A DNA stretch of 64,000 bases, from NCBI GenBank assembly GCA_963665295.1, contig OY762209.1, positions 3,776,001 to 3,840,000 on the forward strand, read 5' to 3'. Within the stretch, counting starts at the first letter, position 1. Each line of letters begins with the position of its first letter. This stretch comes from Syntrophorhabdaceae bacterium. Lineage in GTDB: Bacteria; Desulfobacterota; Syntrophorhabdia; Syntrophorhabdales; Syntrophorhabdaceae. The position numbers were made by a program, and so were the translations under genes. The notes beneath the pieces are model-generated. The model worked only from the letters and a program-made list of their open reading frames with translations. It was not told where the DNA came from and did no database searches. Shown piece by piece: positions 56,491 through 64,000 of the stretch.

Positions 56491-57513
56491 ATGGGGGGAA
56501 AAGGCTTGATGAGAAACGATGCGGGAATATCCCTTGTTGCAGCGATCATCGTGGTTGTCGTAGTCGGGTTTCTCGGGGTTGTGACGGCATCCCTTTTCGG
56601 GAGCAAAGCCCTTGGCACTGCAAACCGGTTGGCGTCGGCGAAGGCGCAGTTTATCGCGGAAGGGGGTCTTGAGCGAGGCGTCCGGGAATACAAATCGATA
56701 TGCCAGACAAACCCCGCCGGGTACGATGGAGGGGAGACAAACGTGGCCCTGGGGGGTGGGACATTCAGCGTGCAAGTTTACAACAACGACTTCTCGGGCA
56801 CCGCCTTGGGCGCGGGTCAGCGAAGGATCCGTTCCACGGGCAGTATTGCAGGGGCAGTGAAGGCCGTCGAGCAGATCGTGTATTGCACGTCCTCCAGTCC
56901 TCTGGCTCTGGCGAGCGAAACGCAGGTTTCTCTGAGCAATAACTCCAGCATATACTGTGGACCCGGAGCAACAAACCCTTGCTCACAGACTCAGATAGAC
57001 GGCGGGAAGTGCGTATGCGCGAAAGAAAGCGTCCCGACCCTCCCTGCAGTCACGGTACCCACAAGCCCTCAGCCTCCGGCCCCTCCGGGTGGGTGCTCTT
57101 ACTCAAGCAATACGACCTATACCTGGCCTGCGGGTACCTATTACTGCAATTATTTTGCTATGTCCAATGGCGCAAAAATAGCGATTACCGGCGTGGTGAC
57201 TCTATATGCGAACAATCTTCAGATGGCCAATTCCGCGGAGTTCAACAGGTATGGTACTGCGGCAAATGCCCTCATCATGGTGACCCAGTTTGCTCAACTC
57301 GCGAATTCCTCAGTCTTTAGAGGCTCCTTCTATGCGCCGGATGCTTCCTTCCAATTGGCCAACGGGTCTACGATCGTCGGGTCGGTAGCTACCCATTATG
57401 CGCAATTAACGAATAGCGCCCAAATTGTGTGGGATTATACGGGGGGCACGGCTGCTTCCCAATTTGGGAACCTGTATGATGTCAACGTAATGTGGCGGGA
57501 GGTGCCGCCTTGA
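56491..57513 (+). CDS. PilX/MshP-like minor pilin with C-terminal repeat domain
   Basis: G/ISLV without Glu5, A.FIAEGG.E, IRSTG; repeated Q(L/M)xNS motifs. Confidence 0.8.
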   Translation: MGGKGLMRNDAGISLVAAIIVVVVVGFLGVVTASLFGSKALGTANRLASAKAQFIAEGGLERGVREYKSICQTNPAGYDGGETNVALGGGTFSVQVYNNDFSGTALGAGQRRIRSTGSIAGAVKAVEQIVYCTSSSPLALASETQVSLSNNSSIYCGPGATNPCSQTQIDGGKCVCAKESVPTLPAVTVPTSPQPPAPPGGCSYSSNTTYTWPAGTYYCNYFAMSNGAKIAITGVVTLYANNLQMANSAEFNRYGTAANALIMVTQFAQLANSSVFRGSFYAPDASFQLANGSTIVGSVATHYAQLTNSAQIVWDYTGGTAASQFGNLYDVNVMWREVPP

Positions 57514-57575
57514 CCCCCCCCGTGGGACGGGTGTCGTGTCGGAATGCTTCTGGTCACGGAGACGGAAGGACTGGG

Positions 57576-58028
57576 CTATACCTTCAGGACCAGATTTATC
57601 ATATCGCCCCGGGAGAACCCCATGGCGTGAAAAAACTGAAGGAGATCCCAATCGTTCCAGTTCACGAGGGTATAGATGGTGTCCACTCCGTATTTTTTGA
57701 TATTGGTGATGAGTGCGTTCGCGAGCACCTTCGCAATGCCGCGGTTCTGATAGTCGGGGTCTATGCCGATGGTGTCGATCCATCCGATGTTGTTGGGGAC
57801 CTTAAATTCCCAACCACTCACCTCTCCGAGGATGAAGCCTGCGACTTTTCCGTCTATCTCGGAAACGAGAGATGCGTCCGGAGGCCTTGACTCGGCCTGC
57901 CTGATTATCTTTGTGACCCAGTAGTCTCTTCGTGTTTCGCCGAGAACCTTGGTGTCTATCTCCACAATGGAGTCGAGATCATCGGTGGTCATATAACGTA
58001 CGCTTAACTTATCGAAAAAATTGCTCAT
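57576..58028 (-). CDS. GNAT acetyltransferase
   Basis: IGIDPDYQNRGIA acetyl-CoA motif; FF..MGF. Confidence 0.9.
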   Translation of the reverse strand: MSNFFDKLSVRYMTTDDLDSIVEIDTKVLGETRRDYWVTKIIRQAESRPPDASLVSEIDGKVAGFILGEVSGWEFKVPNNIGWIDTIGIDPDYQNRGIAKVLANALITNIKKYGVDTIYTLVNWNDWDLLQFFHAMGFSRGDMINLVLKV

Positions 58029-58145
58029 AGTTTTTCACCCTCGCTTGTTCTTTTTTTAACATACTATAGCATTCGAGGGAAGTCAAGGATTTGAATTAGG
58101 GTAAAAAATCACATGATTGATTACGAAGGGGGAAGGTTGCGCGAT

Positions 58146-59435
58146 CTATCGATCCAGTTCCTTATCCCTGTAAACTATCCTCCCGCCCACAATGGTGAGG
58201 AGATTTTTCCCCTTGAGCATCCATCCGCCGAAGGGCGTATTCTTACCTTTCGAGACAAAAGCCGCCGGGTTAACGGTCCACGCTTTTTCCGGGTCGAAAA
58301 GGATAAGGTCGGCGGGCAGGCCGGCGCTGATCCGGCCGTAAGGCAGTCCCAGTAGTTTTGCAGGATTGACGGTGAGTTTCCTTAAGAGTTCGGTCAAAGA
58401 AAGCACTCCTTCGTGAACAAGGCCGAGAGACAAAGAGAATGCCGTTTCCAGGCCGGAGATGCCGGGTGAAGCAAGGTCGTATTCCACGTCTTTAGAGGTG
58501 AGGTCATGGGGGGCGTGGTCTGTGGCAATGATATCGATGGTATCATCCCTCAACCCTTCCTTGATGGCGTCCATATCGGCTTTGGACCTGAGGGGCGGGT
58601 TGACCCGGGTATTCGTGTCGTAGGTAAGGGTGGCCTCGTCGGTAAGGGAAAAATAATGAGGGCATGTATCACAGGTAATATCCCCGTATCGCTTCTTCGA
58701 CTCACGGATCGCTTCGATGCTTCCGGCGGTCGACATATGGGTAAGGTGGACGTGACAGCGCACGTATTCGGCGATGGCCATATCCCGTTTTACTATGATT
58801 TCCTCCGCGATGGAGGGGACGGCCGTAAGACCGGAGAGCAGGGATGCGGCGCCTTCGTGGACATAGCCCTTCGAAAGGTCTTCGTCTTCGCAATGGGATA
58901 TGACGGGGATGCCGAAATACTTCACATACTCCATGGCTCTCCTCAACAGTCCGGCGTTCTTTACGGACCTGCCGTCATCCGACAAGGCGACGACGCCCGC
59001 CTTAAACATATCGCCGATTTCGGAGAGTTCTTCGCCCTTGAGGCCTTTGGTGATAGACCCGCAGGGAAAGACCCTGCACATACCAACGGATCTCGCCTTT
59101 TCCACGATGGATTCCGTCACGCTCTTGTTATCGTTGACAGGAGATGTGTTGGCCATGCATACCACCGTGGTAAACCCTCCTCTCACGGCTGCCATGGTCC
59201 CCGTGGCTATTGTCTCCTTGTACTCGTAGCCGGGTTCTCTCAGGTGTGCGTGGACGTCGATGAGACCCGGCGCCACGATGTAGCCCGTTGCATCTATTAC
59301 CTGGACATCTCCTTTTACTGCGGAGATATGACGGTCCATCTGCTCTATTATGCTTCCGTTCACATAGACGTCCATTACGGCGTCCAAGTCTCTCCCGGGA
59401 TCGATGACTCTGCCGTGTTTCAGGAGGATTCTCAC
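58146..59435 (-). CDS. pyrC: Dihydroorotase
   Basis: [35 protein letters not shown]. Confidence 0.96.
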   Translation of the reverse strand: MRILLKHGRVIDPGRDLDAVMDVYVNGSIIEQMDRHISAVKGDVQVIDATGYIVAPGLIDVHAHLREPGYEYKETIATGTMAAVRGGFTTVVCMANTSPVNDNKSVTESIVEKARSVGMCRVFPCGSITKGLKGEELSEIGDMFKAGVVALSDDGRSVKNAGLLRRAMEYVKYFGIPVISHCEDEDLSKGYVHEGAASLLSGLTAVPSIAEEIIVKRDMAIAEYVRCHVHLTHMSTAGSIEAIRESKKRYGDITCDTCPHYFSLTDEATLTYDTNTRVNPPLRSKADMDAIKEGLRDDTIDIIATDHAPHDLTSKDVEYDLASPGISGLETAFSLSLGLVHEGVLSLTELLRKLTVNPAKLLGLPYGRISAGLPADLILFDPEKAWTVNPAAFVSKGKNTPFGGWMLKGKNLLTIVGGRIVYRDKELDR

Positions 59436-60355
59436 GTCTCACCTCCTGTGAGGAGGTAGAGAACCGCCATCCTCACCGCAACCCCGTTTTCCACCTGTTG
59501 GAGGATTACCGAGTACGGGCCGTCGGCAACCTCATCCGTGATCTCTATACCCCTGTTCATGGGGCCGGGATGCATGATGATCACGTCCTTCTTTGCCTCC
59601 TTCAGATGGGACTGTTTGAGCCCGTAAAAGGTGGCATACTCCTTGATGGAGGGTATTGTGGAAATACCACCTCGCTCCTTTTGTATCCTGAGCATCATTA
59701 TCACGTCCGCGCCTTTCACCGCTTTTGAAATATTATACTCGACCCTGACTCCGAGATCCTCGATGCGGGGCGGGATCATGGTGGGGGGTCCCGAGCAGGT
59801 GATTTTTGTGTCAAAGTGCTTCAGGGCGAATATATTGGAACGAGCCACCCTACTGTGGGCGATATCTCCGATTATGGTCACATTGAGGCCGTCCAGCCTT
59901 CCTTTCTTTTCCCGCATGGTAAAGAGGTCGAGAAGGGCCTGTGTCGGGTGCTCATGGGCTCCGTCGCCGCCGTTTATCACGGAGGCTTCGAGAATGCGTG
60001 AGAGCATGTGAGGCGCACCGGGCATGCTGTGCCGGACTATGATCACGTCGGGTTGCATGGATTCGAGGTTCCTGGCTGTATCCTTGAGGGTTTCACCTTT
60101 CACGTAGCTGCTTGTACTGGCGGAGACGTTGATGGTGTCGGCGCTCAACCTTTTTGCAGCTATTTCAAAGGACACCCTGGTCCGTGTGCTCGGCTCGTAG
60201 AAGAGGGTGATGACCGTCTTGCCGCGAAGAGTGGGGACCTTCTTAATATCCCTTTTTGATACTTCCTTGAATGATTCGGCAGTCTGGAGAATCGACAGAA
60301 TCTCTTCTTTCGTCAGGCCGGCGATGCCGAGGAGATCTTTCTTAGTCCAATTCAC
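59432..60355 (-). CDS. pyrB: Aspartate carbamoyltransferase
   Basis: [36 protein letters not shown]. Confidence 0.97.
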   Translation of the reverse strand: MNWTKKDLLGIAGLTKEEILSILQTAESFKEVSKRDIKKVPTLRGKTVITLFYEPSTRTRVSFEIAAKRLSADTINVSASTSSYVKGETLKDTARNLESMQPDVIIVRHSMPGAPHMLSRILEASVINGGDGAHEHPTQALLDLFTMREKKGRLDGLNVTIIGDIAHSRVARSNIFALKHFDTKITCSGPPTMIPPRIEDLGVRVEYNISKAVKGADVIMMLRIQKERGGISTIPSIKEYATFYGLKQSHLKEAKKDVIIMHPGPMNRGIEITDEVADGPYSVILQQVENGVAVRMAVLYLLTGGET

Positions 60356-60885
60356 TATGACCTCACGAGCACTACTTCATCTTTCTTGTCGACCTCGCGG
60401 AGATGGACAAGCACTTCTTCGCCCGGATTGGCGGTATAGAAGACCCCCGCATAGTCCGGATGAATGGGAAGCTCTCTCTGTCCCCTGTCCACAAGCACGG
60501 CAAGCTGTATCTTGTCGGGTCTGCCAAGGTCCATAATGGCGTCGATGGCTGCTCTGATTGTCCTTCCTGTGTGCATCACGTCGTCTACGAGGAGGATTGT
60601 TTTGTCGTTCAGATCAAAAGGGATCTCCGTCTTTTTCAGTATGGGCGTTTTGAGCTTGAATATATCGTCCCTGTACATGGTTATGTCGAGCACTCCCACG
60701 GGGAGGGACACCTTTTCCACCTCAAATATCTTGTCCCTGATCCTGTTCGCCACGTGGACTCCCCGTGTGCGTATGCCTATAAGGCTGAGAGAGGCGCAAC
60801 CCTCGTTCTTTTCAATAATCTCGTGGGTGATCCTGTTGATGGTCCGTTCGAGGGCCTTCTTGTCGAGAAGCACTTTGTTTTTCAT
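60355..60885 (-). CDS. pyrR: Pyrimidine operon regulator / UPRTase
   Basis: [39 protein letters not shown]. Confidence 0.95.
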   Translation of the reverse strand: MKNKVLLDKKALERTINRITHEIIEKNEGCASLSLIGIRTRGVHVANRIRDKIFEVEKVSLPVGVLDITMYRDDIFKLKTPILKKTEIPFDLNDKTILLVDDVMHTGRTIRAAIDAIMDLGRPDKIQLAVLVDRGQRELPIHPDYAGVFYTANPGEEVLVHLREVDKKDEVVLVRS

Positions 60886-61064
60886 CAGTCGTCCATCCGG
60901 ATTGCGTTCATGGGACACGTTTCCACACATGACGTGCACTCGATGCAGTCCTCGGGGTTTGCCACCACGACACTGCCGTCAGTGCACATGAATACCTCGT
61001 ACGGGCAAATATCAACACACTCCAGGCAATTGCTGCATGACTCTTTGGAAATGTAAGGTCTCAC
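60885..61064 (-). CDS. 2x[4Fe-4S] ferredoxin, 59 aa (absent from ORF track)
   Basis: MRPYISKESCSNCLECVDICPYEVF...DCIECTSCVETCPMNAIRMDD; TGATG overlap with pyrR. Confidence 0.92.
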   Translation of the reverse strand: MRPYISKESCSNCLECVDICPYEVFMCTDGSVVVANPEDCIECTSCVETCPMNAIRMDD

Positions 61065-61232
61065 CTACGATAGTACTATAATGGGTCTGTAGGAAAAAAT
61101 CAATCAAGAAACTTATGAGGGCGTAAAAGGGCGGTGAACGAAACGGGGATGTTTGTAGTTTACAACGAGCGGCCATTCCTGATATGATGATTGCGGGAAG
61201 GTGGATTGCGTTTTGATGTGCGGATCACTGTC

Positions 61233-61718
61233 ATGATAATACTGGGTATCGACCCGGGTCTTGCAAGCACAGGTTTCGGGGTGATATCCTGTGAGGGCCT
61301 GACCCCGAGCCTCCTGAAATGCGGTTATATCAAAACATCCAAGACCGACGAGATGTCCCGGAGGCTTTTCCACATCTATTCCGACATAAGCCACTTACTG
61401 GAGACCATGACGCCCGATCTCGTGGCAGTGGAGAACATATTTTCTCTGGTGAGATATCCGAGGGCCGGCATAATATTGGGAGGAGTGATAGGCATTATCT
61501 ACCTCTCCGTATTCCAGAACAATATCTCCATGAAGGAGATTTCCCCGAAGGAGGTAAAGAACGCACTTGTCGGAAGCGGCAGCGCTGATAAGGAACAGGT
61601 CAGGCGGACTGTCCAGGCGATGCTCAAAATGGAGGGAAAGACTTCCTTTCATGCAGCCGACGCGCTCGCAGTAGCGCTCACCGCATTCTATAGAAACGGC
61701 CCCGGGGGATATCTATGA
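61233..61718 (+). CDS. ruvC: Holliday junction resolvase
   Basis: ILGIDPG, VE..F, P.EVK...G.G.A.KEQV, ADALAVA. Confidence 0.95.
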   Translation: MIILGIDPGLASTGFGVISCEGLTPSLLKCGYIKTSKTDEMSRRLFHIYSDISHLLETMTPDLVAVENIFSLVRYPRAGIILGGVIGIIYLSVFQNNISMKEISPKEVKNALVGSGSADKEQVRRTVQAMLKMEGKTSFHAADALAVALTAFYRNGPGGYL

Positions 61719-62329
61719 TTTCTTATCTTGAAGGAAAACTCAAAGGCATTTACGAGGACAGGCTTACACTGCTGGTGAACGGCATAGGTTACGAGGTGTT
61801 GATCCCTGCCTATGTAATGCACGAGATCAGAAGCACGAACAAACCGGATAGTCCGTTGAGCCTTTATATTTCCTTCAACCAGACGGAGCGGCAGCCCAAG
61901 CCCATCCTGGTGGGTTTCAAGACGGAACTGGACAAGGAATTCTTTGAACTCTTTATTTCTGTGGAGGATATAGGGCCCTCCGCCGCGATAAAGGCTCTGG
62001 TGAGGTCGGCAAGAGATATAGCCCACTGGATTGAGGAGAAGGACATAAAGGCGCTACGGCAGCTTAAAGGTATCGGCGAGCGGAAGGCGGAGAAGATTGT
62101 GGCGACTTTGAGGGGCAAGGCTGCAAAGTACGCGCTCATACCGGAAGTGGAGTTGCCCGCGGGAGAGGCCGAGGATTTCCGGAAGGAAGTGGAGTACGTG
62201 ATGATCACCCAGTTGGGACACAAAGTTATCGAGGCGCGCAAGATGATCGACGAGGCCATGAAGCGGAATCCGGGCATCGCGTCGTCGGAACAATTATTTG
62301 AAGAGGTATACAGAGGTCAGAAGAAATGA
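61715..62329 (+). CDS. ruvA: Holliday junction branch migration protein
   Basis: MI..L.G, V.GIGYE, HhH IGP..A and GIG.RKAE. Confidence 0.93.
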   Translation: MISYLEGKLKGIYEDRLTLLVNGIGYEVLIPAYVMHEIRSTNKPDSPLSLYISFNQTERQPKPILVGFKTELDKEFFELFISVEDIGPSAAIKALVRSARDIAHWIEEKDIKALRQLKGIGERKAEKIVATLRGKAAKYALIPEVELPAGEAEDFRKEVEYVMITQLGHKVIEARKMIDEAMKRNPGIASSEQLFEEVYRGQKK

Positions 62330-63372
62330 TCAACGAGGAGATCAACACCCTATCCAAGCAGATGGCGGAAGAGCAGACGCTCGATGAGGAGAACAATGTC
62401 AGTCTCAGGCCCGGTATGCTCTCTGAATATGTGGGTCAGGACAACGTGGTGGAAACCCTCAAGATAGCGATCCAGGCAGCTTTGCAGAGGAAGGAGCCCC
62501 TTGAGCACATCCTCTTTAATGGACCGCCCGGTCTCGGAAAAACGACGCTGGCCCATATTATTGCCAATGAGATGGGCACACGCATCATAACGTCGTCAGG
62601 ACCCGCCCTCGAAAAGGGCGGCGACCTCATGGGGCTTCTCACCCATATGGAAAAGGGGGATGTTTTCTTTATCGACGAGATTCACAGGATGCCGAAAGTG
62701 GTGGAAGAGTTTCTCTACCCTGCAATGGAAGACTTTGCGGTAGATTTCATATTCGATAAGGGGGTGCATGCAAGGACCCACAGATACCGGCTTGAACATT
62801 TCACTCTTATCGGCGCCACCACAAGGTCGGGACTTCTTTCGTCGCCCCTCAGGGAGCGGTTCGGCATCACAAGGGACCTCGACTTTTACACCGAGGCCGA
62901 CCTTATGAGAATTATCAAACGGTCCGCCGTCATATTGAATGTACCCATAGACGATAAGGGTGCGTACGAGACGGCGAGAAGGGCAAGGGGCACGCCCCGT
63001 GTGGCCAACAGGTTGCTGAAAAGGGTGAGGGACTACGCGCAGGTGCGCTCGGATGGTCGGATTACAGGCAAGACCGCGGTGGAGGCCCTGTCGCTTGAAG
63101 GCATCGATGAGTCCGGACTGGGCGAAATAGACCGTAAACTCCTGAACACCGTGATTATAAATTATAAGGGCGGCCCCGTGGGCATAGAAGCCCTCGCTGC
63201 CACCCTTCAACTCGAATCGGATGTGCTTTTGGAAGTGGTCGAACCATACCTTCTAAAAACAGGGTTCATTATCAGGACCTCCCAGGGGAGGCGGGCTTCG
63301 GAGAAGGCCTTTATCCATCTCAAGATTCCGTATAAAGGCGCGCCCGATGCCCCGGGCCTGTTCGACAGATAG
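62326..63372 (+). CDS. ruvB: Holliday junction helicase
   Basis: LRP...[36 protein letters not shown]. Confidence 0.97.
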   Translation: MINEEINTLSKQMAEEQTLDEENNVSLRPGMLSEYVGQDNVVETLKIAIQAALQRKEPLEHILFNGPPGLGKTTLAHIIANEMGTRIITSSGPALEKGGDLMGLLTHMEKGDVFFIDEIHRMPKVVEEFLYPAMEDFAVDFIFDKGVHARTHRYRLEHFTLIGATTRSGLLSSPLRERFGITRDLDFYTEADLMRIIKRSAVILNVPIDDKGAYETARRARGTPRVANRLLKRVRDYAQVRSDGRITGKTAVEALSLEGIDESGLGEIDRKLLNTVIINYKGGPVGIEALAATLQLESDVLLEVVEPYLLKTGFIIRTSQGRRASEKAFIHLKIPYKGAPDAPGLFDR

Positions 63373-63381
63373 AGTATTTCC

Positions 63382-63999
63382 TTACTTCTTTTCCTGTCCG
63401 AACTTGGCCATGAGGAGTTCGCCGAGACTGCCAAGTCCTCCGATGGACATTTCCTGTTTCTTCACTTTATCTTTATACTGGTTATATTCATCCTGAGCCA
63501 CCTTTTCTTCCACGCCGCTCCGGCTGAACGTTACTTTGCCCTTGGCCTCATCGATGGCGGTAACTACGATTTCCATGGAAGTTCCTTCGGGAAACATGCG
63601 GCTGTGGTTTGTCCCGCGAGGCGTTCCCATCTCGGAATTAGGGATGAAACCCTTTACGCCGTTCTCCGTCTTAAGGAAGAGCCCGTACGGCATCACTCTC
63701 TCGACTGTGCCCTGGAGGATCTCGCCTATGGCGGGAAGGGGTATTCTCTCTTTCTCTACTTTCTGTTCCAGTGACAGGGAAATCTTCTTCTTGGCGACAT
63801 CGACTTCCAGGATAAAGACCTCAACTGTCTGACCTGCATCCACAACCTCTTTCGGATGTTTGATCCTTCTTCCTGCAGCCAGCTTGGAGACGTGAATGAG
63901 TCCATCAATGCCCGGCTCCAGCGACACAAAGGCGCCGAAGGGAGCAAGTCTCACGATTTTTCCCATAACCGCCATGTCGGGTTTGTACTTATCCGCAAC
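63382..63999 (-). CDS. 3' part of S1-domain protein (ribosomal protein S1-like), truncated by window edge
   Basis: FGAFV.L.PGIDGLIHVS, KKISLS; second S1 YGLF..GFIP.SE; terminal LGSLGELL. Confidence 0.85.
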   Translation of the reverse strand, partial: VADKYKPDMAVMGKIVRLAPFGAFVSLEPGIDGLIHVSKLAAGRRIKHPKEVVDAGQTVEVFILEVDVAKKKISLSLEQKVEKERIPLPAIGEILQGTVERVMPYGLFLKTENGVKGFIPNSEMGTPRGTNHSRMFPEGTSMEIVVTAIDEAKGKVTFSRSGVEEKVAQDEYNQYKDKVKKQEMSIGGLGSLGELLMAKFGQEKK

Positions 64000-64000
64000 G

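Overview
Bacterial chromosomal window, probably from an anaerobic deltaproteobacterium (Desulfobacterota, possibly Syntrophorhabdus-like; inferred from gene content only). Bases 1-~4040 are the edge of a prophage: a P1 Pro-like head protease, a holin/SLT-endolysin/spanin lysis cassette and att-arm-like repeats, abutting the 3' end of tRNA-Thr(CGT). Then come a two-component system with a Liv-type ABC transporter (74-bp tandem repeat inside), fbp, an intact IS630, an acetolactate decarboxylase with an RHH-like N-terminus, a cobalamin riboswitch with cobUTSC, a nonsense-broken O-methyltransferase, uppP and purM. A porDAB cluster is followed by a second porB in line with a HydCBA/NuoEFG-like flavin-FeS module that lacks a catalytic subunit. 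After rodZ, a tatA-folK-AOR-aldolase-transaldolase run, def-fmt and mltD, there is a 16-kb MSHA-like type IV pilus locus with two PilT-type ATPases, no extension ATPase and a GT-C glycosyltransferase next to the pilin. The window ends with ferredoxin-pyrRBC, ruvCAB and a partial S1-domain gene. Best leads: the putative oxoacid-oxidoreductase-coupled electron-bifurcating complex, the integrated P1-like prophage, the RHH-decarboxylase fusion and the sequon-rich pilus system. All calls are by eye from motifs; no searches were run.
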